From positions 1-39,066 of the forward strand of contig JAEOTE010000159.1 of the NCBI GenBank assembly GCA_016839945.1: a stretch of DNA of 39,066 nt, written 5' to 3'. Source of the stretch: Candidatus Heimdallarchaeota archaeon (lineage in GTDB: Archaea; Asgardarchaeota; Heimdallarchaeia; Heimdallarchaeales; Heimdallarchaeaceae). The translations under genes were made by a program, and so were the position numbers. The notes below the pieces were generated by a model. The model searched no databases. It saw only the letters and a list, made by a program, of their open reading frames with translations, and had not been told where the DNA came from. Shown piece after piece: positions 1 through 7,930 of this stretch. Within the stretch, counting starts at the first letter, position 1; each line of letters opens with the position of its first letter.

Positions 1-1
1 T

Positions 2-979
2 GATGAGATTCCAACTTCTTGGATGACTTACTTTGCATCCATACCCGGTGTATCAATATGGACAACCAAGTCTATATTTTACGTTATGAAAGGAAATCAA
101 CAATTTCAAACGGCAGAAGAGTGGCTTCAATACTCAAATGATAATCATTTAACGTTGGGTGAAGCTGCTGTAGAATACGAGATGGAACTTTTGTCTTTGT
201 CTAAAGACAAAATTTTGACCGAGATGGAAAAACGAATAGATGTGATGCTAAATTCTGTGGAAATGGGAATAAAATCTCAAGTCAAGGGATTGAAAACGGT
301 AGATAGTACTGCATCTCAGATCTCATCTGCGAGTGTTAATAATGAATTGTTTAGTAATTCACGAAACACTTTTGCAGCAGTTAGAGCAATGGCTAGCATG
401 GAGATAGCTTCTTCTGGGGGATTCATTTGTGCTGCTCCTACAGGAGGTTCATCAGGAGTTATTCCAGCAGTTCTGTACACTTTACATCATGAGTTTCAAA
501 TTAGTAAAGATAAATTGATTTATTGTGCATTTGCTGCGGCTGGAGTCGGACTAATTCATGCAATTCGTTCGACATTTGCAGCTGAAGTAGCTGGTTGTCA
601 AGTTGAAATAGGTATCGCTGGAGCTATGGCAGCTGCTTCTGTTTGTGAAGCTGCAGGCTGTTCACCCAAAAAAGGATTAGATGCTGCAGCAATCTCATTG
701 CAAAATACTATGGGATCTGTCTGTGATTTAGTTGCAGGAGTATGCGAAATTCCTTGCCACACAAGAAATGCAATATCTGCTTCTAATGCGTTCATTTGCT
801 GTGATTTAGTAATGGGAGGATATGACAATCATATTTCTTTAGATGATTCCATAGACGCTTCAGACGCTTCAGGGAAAATGCTCCCCCCAGAATTACGCTG
901 CACTGCACTTGGTGGAATTGCAGTTACACCCTCAGCAAAAAAAATTATAAAAGATAAAGGAAATCTAGGAAAGGAATAG
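2..979 (+). CDS. sdaA: Fe-S-dependent L-serine dehydratase, alpha-subunit domain; 5'-truncated at window edge, possibly a beta-alpha fusion
   Basis: Motifs ICAAPTGGSSGVIP, AEVAGCQVEIG, VCDLVAGVCEIPC (three Fe-S Cys) and LRCTALGG. The frame is open upstream of ATG23 to the window edge (gat gag att cca act tct tgg). Confidence 0.88.
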   Translation, partial: DEIPTSWMTYFASIPGVSIWTTKSIFYVMKGNQQFQTAEEWLQYSNDNHLTLGEAAVEYEMELLSLSKDKILTEMEKRIDVMLNSVEMGIKSQVKGLKTVDSTASQISSASVNNELFSNSRNTFAAVRAMASMEIASSGGFICAAPTGGSSGVIPAVLYTLHHEFQISKDKLIYCAFAAAGVGLIHAIRSTFAAEVAGCQVEIGIAGAMAAASVCEAAGCSPKKGLDAAAISLQNTMGSVCDLVAGVCEIPCHTRNAISASNAFICCDLVMGGYDNHISLDDSIDASDASGKMLPPELRCTALGGIAVTPSAKKIIKDKGNLGKE

Positions 980-1000
980 AGAAAATTAGGTGTAAAAATA

Positions 1001-1975
1001 GTGAAACCTCAAGAATTACTTTACTTATCTCGCGCTGATATTGAGAAAATTAACATCCCTATGCACGAAATAATATCCTCTCTTGAAAGGATGTTTGTGG
1101 AAAAAGGAAAGAAGCAAGTCGAGATGCCTCCCAAACCAGGTATCCATCTCAAGAAGGATTCTTTCATTCATGCAATGCCTGCGTTTATTCCTTCTATGAA
1201 ATCTGCTGGAATTAAATGGGTTTCTGGTTTCCCGGAAAACTATAAAAAAAAATTACCCTATATCTCTGGTTTGCTGATTTTGAATGATGTTGAAACAGGA
1301 ATTCCACTTTCTGTAATGGATTGCACATGGATAACTGCAAAGCGCACTGGTGCTGCAACAGCAGTTGCTGCTAAATATCTTGCAGATCCAGCAAGTTCTA
1401 CTGTTGGCATAATAGCTTGTGGAGTACAAGGTCGGAGTAATTTAGAAGCTATTTCGTGTATTTTCGATATTAAAAAAGTGGCAGTATATGATATTTTTCC
1501 TGAAGCATCTCGTAAATTTGCAACCGAGATGGGTGAAAAGTTTGATTTTCCCATAGAGATTACTAACACACCAAGAAATGCAGTTGAAGATATGGACATT
1601 GTTATAACTAGTGGTCCTATCCAAAAAGAGCCAAAACCTACAATTGAAAAAGGGTGGTTGAAAAAGGGAGGATTCGCAAGCGCAGTTGATTTCGATTCGT
1701 ATTGGACTATAGCTTCGCTAAACGAAATGGATAAAATCTACACAGATGATGTGTCTCAAATGGAATATTATAGGTCTATAGGATATTTCAAAGACACTCC
1801 GAAACCCGTCGGTGATCTGGGAGAATTATTGGTAAAATCTATCATGGGGCGAGAATCCTCAAATGAACGAATTATGACCATGAATCTCGGGTTAGCTTTG
1901 GATGATATGGCTACTGCACCATTAATTTATGATGCAGCAAAAAAATCCTCCATAGGAACGCTTTTACCGCTCTAA
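1001..1975 (+). CDS. Ornithine cyclodeaminase/mu-crystallin family protein (archaeal alanine dehydrogenase-like)
   Basis: HAMPA, GIKWVS, ITAKRTGAATAVAAKYLA, Rossmann-like IACGVQG, C-terminal GLALDD. GTG start after AGGTG SD-like sequence. Confidence 0.9.
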   Translation: MKPQELLYLSRADIEKINIPMHEIISSLERMFVEKGKKQVEMPPKPGIHLKKDSFIHAMPAFIPSMKSAGIKWVSGFPENYKKKLPYISGLLILNDVETGIPLSVMDCTWITAKRTGAATAVAAKYLADPASSTVGIIACGVQGRSNLEAISCIFDIKKVAVYDIFPEASRKFATEMGEKFDFPIEITNTPRNAVEDMDIVITSGPIQKEPKPTIEKGWLKKGGFASAVDFDSYWTIASLNEMDKIYTDDVSQMEYYRSIGYFKDTPKPVGDLGELLVKSIMGRESSNERIMTMNLGLALDDMATAPLIYDAAKKSSIGTLLPL

Positions 1976-2448
1976 TAAATATAATTTAATGATTTCTCAT
2001 TCTTAAGCAATTCAATACTCTCCTCACAATACTGACTATATGGTCTTATTTTATCATAGTTTCGTGTGAATTGTAAATTTGGATTGATTAATTTTATAAA
2101 TTCTTGTGTAGATTTTTCCCAACCTTTCTTGCAAACTTCTTTTGTGCAATAATTACCTATCTTACAAGCTTCTAAAACTGGGCACCAATTATATGACCTC
2201 CAAGTGATTTTTGTTTCAGATTCATAAATTATTGGTACTTCTTTCTCGTTTATTTCTAATTTTTTTAGAAGAAGATTATATGCTTTTCTTACATCTGTCC
2301 CTCTAAGATCTAAATCATTTTTATTGTTCTCATACCATTCCTTTCTTTTTTTGTATACCGATGTATTTATTTTCGACCAATCATTATTTTTCTTTGCTTC
2401 AGCTATTAATTCTAAAATCTCTCCTATTTTATTATTATCATCATCCAT
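1972..2448 (-). CDS. Hypothetical Cys-motif protein, possible V4R/HNOX-clan metal-binding domain
   Basis: WRSYNWCPVLEAC...CTKEVC...FTRNYDKIRPYSQYCEE. ATG at 2448 avoids overlap with the upstream TPR gene (ORF track start 2538). Confidence 0.6.
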   Translation of the reverse strand: MDDDNNKIGEILELIAEAKKNNDWSKINTSVYKKRKEWYENNKNDLDLRGTDVRKAYNLLLKKLEINEKEVPIIYESETKITWRSYNWCPVLEACKIGNYCTKEVCKKGWEKSTQEFIKLINPNLQFTRNYDKIRPYSQYCEESIELLKNEKSLNYIY

Positions 2449-2497
2449 TGTTTGAACAACTGCTATCATAGCAAAAAATCTTCTGGAATGAATTGTT

Positions 2498-2932
2498 TCA
2501 AGAGGACTTACTTTGCAGAATTTGCTTAGCAAAATCAATTATAATTCTCTCGCTTCTGGAATACTCAAAATAGAATTCTTCTGCTCTCTCTATCCAAATT
2601 TTTAGTAGATCTTTAGGAATTGATTCCATTGATAACAAAATGAAGATAGACTGGTAAGGTACGTAATGGTTTTCTTGTTTCTCCAATTTATCTCTCTGTT
2701 CCCATGCTATAGTGTAGCTCTTCAGAGCTTCTTGTTTTTCGTCTTGAATAGAATACAAGTTAGCAAGATAAAGGTTAGTTTTAGAATGATTTGGGAAGAA
2801 TTTCTGTACTTCTTTGAAGATTTTTAGTGCTGAAGAAACATCTCCCTTCTCTATTTTCGAGAGTCCCTCCTCTATTAATTCTTTGCACTTATCTTCTGAA
2901 TAAAGCTCATAGGATTCAGATGTAAAATTCAT
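2498..2932 (-). CDS. Tetratricopeptide repeat protein
   Basis: Helical repeats with TPR pattern: EGLSKIEKGDVSSALKIFKEVQKFFPNH, LYLANLYSIQDEKQEALKSY. Confidence 0.7.
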   Translation of the reverse strand: MNFTSESYELYSEDKCKELIEEGLSKIEKGDVSSALKIFKEVQKFFPNHSKTNLYLANLYSIQDEKQEALKSYTIAWEQRDKLEKQENHYVPYQSIFILLSMESIPKDLLKIWIERAEEFYFEYSRSERIIIDFAKQILQSKSS

Positions 2933-3171
2933 CCCTAGAATCTAAAGATAGTTTTAGCTATAAAAAATCACTGAATTTCAACAAAATTTAGAGTGTTAGG
3001 AAAATGTAATCCACAAAACACTGTTGTAGATATTGCGTAGGTGATACTAATTCATTTTATTAAATGTTCGAAAAGCTTAGTAACAGCTATAAATGTTTGT
3101 GTTTATTTAAGAATCTGAAATTTAGTAATTAAAGAATCAAACAATACTGTTAGCTTAAACGAGGAGCTAAT

Positions 3172-3867
3172 ATGACTGAAGTAGAAAAGAAAGAGAAACA
3201 AAAGGAACAAACAAGTTTCGAACAAATCGATATAACTATGGATTATTTCGATGCATGTGAAAGAATTTTAGACAAAGATGATTCTCTCCTTTCTCCTAAT
3301 GTAAAGAAGAAGATTTATCCCAGGGATGTAAAAAAGATTACATATAGTCCTCAAACAGAAGCAGTTTATTACTATAAAAGCAAGAATATTAAAGATCTTG
3401 AAAAAGGAAGAATTTGGGATTTATTTGAAGATCGAGGGGCTCATGTAGAAAGCAAACTAATCGAAGAATTAAAATCAATTAAAGAAATTGAACGAGACTA
3501 TAAAGCAATAACAAAAGAAGAAGAACAACTTGAAATTATGAAAAATGGTGAGCTTGTAGAAGCTATTACTGATTTTATGAAAAAATACGGATCAAAGACT
3601 AATAGATATCGTATTGATAAGGGAGAAGAAGAGAAATGTAGAGTTTTCAATTTTCACCGAGCTAATTTGAAAGAAGAAATAATATTCTTTCTTACAGATA
3701 AACACCTGATTATAAACAGAGAAGAGGAAGGTGGCAATGTTCTTCAGAAAGCGATTAAATATATGAATAGAACTGTAATAAGATGGTACTACGAGGGATT
3801 ACTGAGGCTCAAACGCTTAGAAGATAAGCAAAAATTATTTTTCAGAAAACTGAAAAACTATCAATAA
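3172..3867 (+). CDS. Hypothetical charged helical protein
   Basis: 231-aa ORF with GAGGAG SD before ATG and BRE/TATA-like CGAAAAGCTTAGTAA upstream. No recognisable motif. Confidence 0.65.
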   Translation: MTEVEKKEKQKEQTSFEQIDITMDYFDACERILDKDDSLLSPNVKKKIYPRDVKKITYSPQTEAVYYYKSKNIKDLEKGRIWDLFEDRGAHVESKLIEELKSIKEIERDYKAITKEEEQLEIMKNGELVEAITDFMKKYGSKTNRYRIDKGEEEKCRVFNFHRANLKEEIIFFLTDKHLIINREEEGGNVLQKAIKYMNRTVIRWYYEGLLRLKRLEDKQKLFFRKLKNYQ

Positions 3868-3993
3868 TAAAACTCCCTGTTTTTTTAAGTATTTTATAAA
3901 AAATTATATTCTCAGTAGCTTTATGCACATATTACGCTTACTTTAAAGCTAAATTGGGTTGTTTTCTTATAGAAATTCAAAGAGGTGAGATAA

Positions 3994-4254
3994 CTGTTAT
4001 TCGATATAAATACTGTGTATTGCACTAGATGTAAAAGATTTGTTACAGTGTTTGATTCAATTAACATAGATTTCTCTTCAACTGAAATAATATGTGAAGA
4101 ATGTGGAAAAATCCTTTTAGTTACAAGGTCAGAAAGGCAATTTCGACTAAATACTGATTATCTAGAGCTTGAAGCTTTCATTCAAAAGGAGAATTCGAAG
4201 AAGTCTAAAAGTTACAAAATACCTAACTATGTTTATGGCGCAGATACATATTAA
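3994..4254 (+). CDS. Small zinc-ribbon protein (CxxC...CxxCG)
   Basis: CTRC and CEECG knuckles. Strong GAGGTGA SD at 3982-3988 sits 5 nt before an in-frame CTG at 3994 (ORF track uses GTG 4015). Confidence 0.65.
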   Translation: MLFDINTVYCTRCKRFVTVFDSINIDFSSTEIICEECGKILLVTRSERQFRLNTDYLELEAFIQKENSKKSKSYKIPNYVYGADTY

Positions 4255-4335
4255 ACACGATAGGTTTTCAACTTCTATTGAACATTTTTGCTCTAGAACC
4301 ACACTATTTTTCAATATGCACATTTTCTCATTTGT

Positions 4336-5562
4336 GTGGAACCAAAAAGGAGAGACATAGTAGTTGTTGGTGGTGGTCCAGCAGGATTAATTGCGGCAAA
4401 AACTGCTGCTGCAAGAAATGTAGATGTTCTACTATTCGAATCAAAAGATAAAATTGGATTTCATGAACATTGTGCAGGATTATTAAGCATTAAAGGCTTG
4501 AATTCTTTAAACTTATCAAAAATTCCCTCTGATGTGTTCCAAAATAAAGAGATAATTGGTGCGAGATTATACTCTCCTTCTGGTAAATTGATTGAAGTGC
4601 AAAAGAAAAAACCTACAGCATATGTAGTAGATCGTGTTAAATTTAATCTATTTCTCTCTTCTATTGCTGAAAAAGAAGGAGTTGTCATTGAAACATCTTC
4701 AAGAGTTATAGATATCAAAAGAAAAAACAATTTACTCGAATTAAGTTTAGGAAGGAAGAATTCTTTTGAGAAGATAAACAGTAAAATTGCTATATTAGCA
4801 GAAGGCCGTTTTCCTAAACTTAACAGTCAAGTAGGTTTACCAATTCCTTCTCGAAAAAAAATGGTTTTTACTTCTCAATACTATATGTCTAATATTAGTG
4901 GAATAGACAAACAATATGTTGAGCTTTATCAAACCAAAGAGTATGCACCAGGTTTTTTTGCCTGGATAATACCAATAAATGAGGAAACTGCGAAGGTTGG
5001 ATTAGGATCAAATTCTCTCCCAGCTAGCAAGCAATTGGATTATTTTATTAAGAAACATCCAGTTGCTAAAGGAAAGTTAAACAAATCCAAAATAATTAAG
5101 AAAACCAGTGGAGCAATCCCCATTGGCTCATATATCTCACGAACCTATAATGATAATGCATTAGTAGTTGGTGATGCTGCAAGTCAGACAAAACCAACAA
5201 CAGGAGGAGGAGTTATTTTGGGTGGAATTGCAGCTCAAATTGCTGGAGATATTGCAGCTAAATCTGTAATTAGTGATAATTTTAGCAGTAAATATTTATC
5301 TAGATATGCTAGATTGTGGAAAAAAGAAATGAAAAGAAATCTATCTATAATGAAACAAGTAAGATTATACTTGAATTCCTTAAACAACAAAGAAATTGAG
5401 AAATTATTCAGCATGGTGGAAGAACCAAAACTCCAACCAATATTCACTGAATTTGGTGATGTAGATGATCAAAAAACAATAGTGTTCAAATTACTTCTCT
5501 ATTACAAATTTTGGCCATTTCTTCTAAAAACAGGAGTGAAATTCCTTTTTACAAGAAAATAA
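4336..5562 (+). CDS. Geranylgeranyl reductase family FAD-dependent oxidoreductase (DGGGPL reductase-like)
   Basis: VVVGGGPAG FAD motif, HCAG, PGFFAWIIP, VGDAASQTKPTTGGG. Confidence 0.9.
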   Translation: MEPKRRDIVVVGGGPAGLIAAKTAAARNVDVLLFESKDKIGFHEHCAGLLSIKGLNSLNLSKIPSDVFQNKEIIGARLYSPSGKLIEVQKKKPTAYVVDRVKFNLFLSSIAEKEGVVIETSSRVIDIKRKNNLLELSLGRKNSFEKINSKIAILAEGRFPKLNSQVGLPIPSRKKMVFTSQYYMSNISGIDKQYVELYQTKEYAPGFFAWIIPINEETAKVGLGSNSLPASKQLDYFIKKHPVAKGKLNKSKIIKKTSGAIPIGSYISRTYNDNALVVGDAASQTKPTTGGGVILGGIAAQIAGDIAAKSVISDNFSSKYLSRYARLWKKEMKRNLSIMKQVRLYLNSLNNKEIEKLFSMVEEPKLQPIFTEFGDVDDQKTIVFKLLLYYKFWPFLLKTGVKFLFTRK

Positions 5563-5574
5563 AGAAAAAAGGTT

Positions 5575-6039
5575 TTAGTATCTAGTTCGAAGCCCTGATA
5601 ATTTTAATTTCACTTTTACTTTATTTATCTGCAAAACCTCATAATCAGATGAACCCAAGGGAATAGATATTTTTTTATCAACAATTTCATCATCGTTTTT
5701 TCCTGGATCTCTCTCGAAGACATGGAATGGAACTTCAACAATTCCACCTTCAGGGGCTTCTCTAAATTCTGAATAAAGAGTTAATCCTTCTGGAGGTTTA
5801 AATGTTTCATTTTTTTCCATTTTAATAGTTCCTCTGTTTGGAATTCTACTACTGTAATGAGGTCTTTTTCCAACTCTAAAGTATAACTCTGATTCATTTC
5901 CTAATAAGTCTCGATCTTCAAGAACTTTCATTGAAATTAGTTCAACTTTAACTAGGTATCTATCCCCAAATTCCTTTGTATCTCTTTGACCTCTAGCATA
6001 AGTATTTCGATATACTTTCTTAACTACTCTGCGTCCCAC
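5575..6039 (-). CDS. Hypothetical protein with C2-domain-like beta-sandwich and polybasic N-terminus
   Basis: AGGTGA SD + GTG. Pattern VKVELIS..DRDLLGNESELYFRV..KNETF..VFERDPGKNDDEI matches the C2 consensus layout. Confidence 0.6.
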   Translation of the reverse strand: MGRRVVKKVYRNTYARGQRDTKEFGDRYLVKVELISMKVLEDRDLLGNESELYFRVGKRPHYSSRIPNRGTIKMEKNETFKPPEGLTLYSEFREAPEGGIVEVPFHVFERDPGKNDDEIVDKKISIPLGSSDYEVLQINKVKVKLKLSGLRTRY

Positions 6040-6108
6040 AAAATCACCTACTGTAAGTTATTATATCTCTTTATATATCTTTTTAAAAGTAGGATTAAAT
6101 TGTGAATT

Positions 6109-7263
6109 TTATTCTTCTTTTAGAAATTCAGCCATACAGAAAGTGCCTCTTCTAGTTGCAGGAATGCGTTCACCTAGTTTGTATTTTTTATCAGCCATTA
6201 ATACCGATAGAATGCCTTCCCATATATATAAAATAAAGTCACACAAATCTCTTTTACCTTCAACACATTTTTCACCAGGAGCATATGTGCAATACCCTCT
6301 CGCAGGAAACTCGATATAAGCAACTCTTCTAGAAACTGATGATTGAATATCCTCGGGTAAATACTTTGTAAGATCCTCTTGAGATTTTGTTTGGAGAGCT
6401 TTGATAACATATTGACCTATCATAGAGGATATTTCATGAATGTCTTGCTCAGAATCTCGAATATTTATTAGAAGAAACTCAATCAAGAATCGAATATGTA
6501 TCTCTGTGAACTCTGTCTTAGCTTTTTTCACATTTGAATCTTCGATATCACTAAAGAATGTAGTTGTAATTTCCGCTAGAACTTGATGGAATATTGGGAG
6601 TATCATTGTAGCAGGAAATTCTCGGAGTATTGGAGAAAAGATTGTATCAAGGTCAAGTTCTATACTTGGTTTGATTTCTTCATCCTCTACAGATAAAGTG
6701 GGTTTTGCTGGTTGAGCAGCTTGTTGAGTTTGTTCAGTTACAATAGTTGGAGTGATACTAGGTTCTGTGGAAATAACTTCTTCAGTTTTAACAGGTATTG
6801 GTTGATCCAATTTCTGAATTATCAGTTGTAACTGTTGAGACTGAAACTGACTCGGAATGAGTTCTACTCTGACATTGGATTCAAAGAGAAAATATCCGAG
6901 AGCTTTAATCAAGCCTGTTACAATTATAACATAGGAAAAATCAGTTGCATCTGATGCAATAAACCTATTAGCTCCTAAATTAATTACTGCATTTTCATCC
7001 TTTTTCTCAATCGAAATATTCTTCCAACCTAAAACCTCAACTAACAAATCAAACTGTTCTTCGATAGTTAAATCTCTATGAGGTGTAAAGTTGTTAAATA
7101 CCATATCAGCAACAGCAGAAACAATTACCTCTTCAGTTTCTTTTTGTGATATATCAAAAGATGAGACTATTTTCTTTAATGAATTCATTAGAATTTTAGT
7201 TGTCTGTAATGCTCTTAATTTGTCGCTTCCTTTATTCGTCCAAGTAGGAGAGTAACCACTCAT
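6109..7263 (-). CDS. Two-domain V4R/TRAPP(Bet3)-like protein with low-complexity linker
   Basis: N-domain LGWKNISIE..ANRF..YVIIVTGLIKAL..VRVE; C-domain CTY..C..LCDFILYIWEGIL..FCMAEF; P/T/Q/E-rich linker. ATG 7263 follows GAGGAA. Confidence 0.55.
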   Translation of the reverse strand: MSGYSPTWTNKGSDKLRALQTTKILMNSLKKIVSSFDISQKETEEVIVSAVADMVFNNFTPHRDLTIEEQFDLLVEVLGWKNISIEKKDENAVINLGANRFIASDATDFSYVIIVTGLIKALGYFLFESNVRVELIPSQFQSQQLQLIIQKLDQPIPVKTEEVISTEPSITPTIVTEQTQQAAQPAKPTLSVEDEEIKPSIELDLDTIFSPILREFPATMILPIFHQVLAEITTTFFSDIEDSNVKKAKTEFTEIHIRFLIEFLLINIRDSEQDIHEISSMIGQYVIKALQTKSQEDLTKYLPEDIQSSVSRRVAYIEFPARGYCTYAPGEKCVEGKRDLCDFILYIWEGILSVLMADKKYKLGERIPATRRGTFCMAEFLKEE

Positions 7264-7462
7264 TAGTATCTTCCTCAAATTAAGTGTATATAGGTTTTAT
7301 TTCCTTAATTAAGATGTGGGAGTATCAATTATAAGAATATCTTTAGCGCACGTTAAGCCTGTGATTAATTTATTTCCTTAAGTTGAAAGAAAATAGTTTA
7401 ATTCAAAAAGCTTAAAACACAAAGGAGTTCGTAACTGTATAGATAGCTTTATTGTGATGATA

Positions 7463-7645
7463 ATGAGCAAAATGATAGATATGCCCAGATGTACTAGTTG
7501 CAATAAGATAATTAGTCCTAGTGAAGAAGGAGATACTAGATTTTCTTGTCCAAAGTGCAATGACGTAGTAATTATTCGATGTAAAAAATGCAGATTATTC
7601 GGCAATTCATATGTTTGTCCTAAATGTGGTTTTGAAGGGCCCTAA
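7463..7645 (+). CDS. Double zinc-ribbon protein (DUF1610/HVO_2753-like), conserved upstream of EF-1beta
   Basis: CTSC, FSCPKC, RCKKCR, YVCPKCGFEGP terminus; classic archaeal synteny with EF-1beta. Confidence 0.9.
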   Translation: MSKMIDMPRCTSCNKIISPSEEGDTRFSCPKCNDVVIIRCKKCRLFGNSYVCPKCGFEGP

Positions 7646-7659
7646 TAAGAGGTGATAAA

Positions 7660-7929
7660 ATGGCCGAAGTATTATTAGTTTATGAAATTCGCCCCGAATC
7701 TCCAGATGTAACCCCTCAAAATCTAGAAAAATTAATCAGAGATAACTTACCTACAAAATATAAAATGCAAAATGATCCAGAAGAGAAACCTTTATTTTTT
7801 GGTCTAGTTGGTATTGTTGCTCAATTTATAATGCCAGAAGAAGATGGAGCACAAGACGAATTAGAAGATTATCTAAATTCTTTTGAAGAAATTTCTTCAA
7901 TACAAATGTCTTTTGTAACTCGTCTATAA
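7660..7929 (+). CDS. ef1b: Translation elongation factor 1-beta
   Basis: 89 aa, MAEVLL..PESPDV..EEKPLFFGL..DELE pattern, GAGGTGA SD, position after the DUF1610 gene. Confidence 0.88.
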   Translation: MAEVLLVYEIRPESPDVTPQNLEKLIRDNLPTKYKMQNDPEEKPLFFGLVGIVAQFIMPEEDGAQDELEDYLNSFEEISSIQMSFVTRL

Positions 7930-7930
7930 A

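Noticed and set aside
853-872. 9-bp tandem duplication AGACGCTTC x2 in the serine dehydratase gene
   Set aside because: In-frame, only two copies (DAS-DAS); no sign of a contingency repeat.
2449-2500. TGA read-through (selenocysteine) or fusion of the TPR gene with the downstream Cys-motif gene
   Set aside because: The genes are in different frames and read-through soon meets another TGA; no SECIS-like element recognised.
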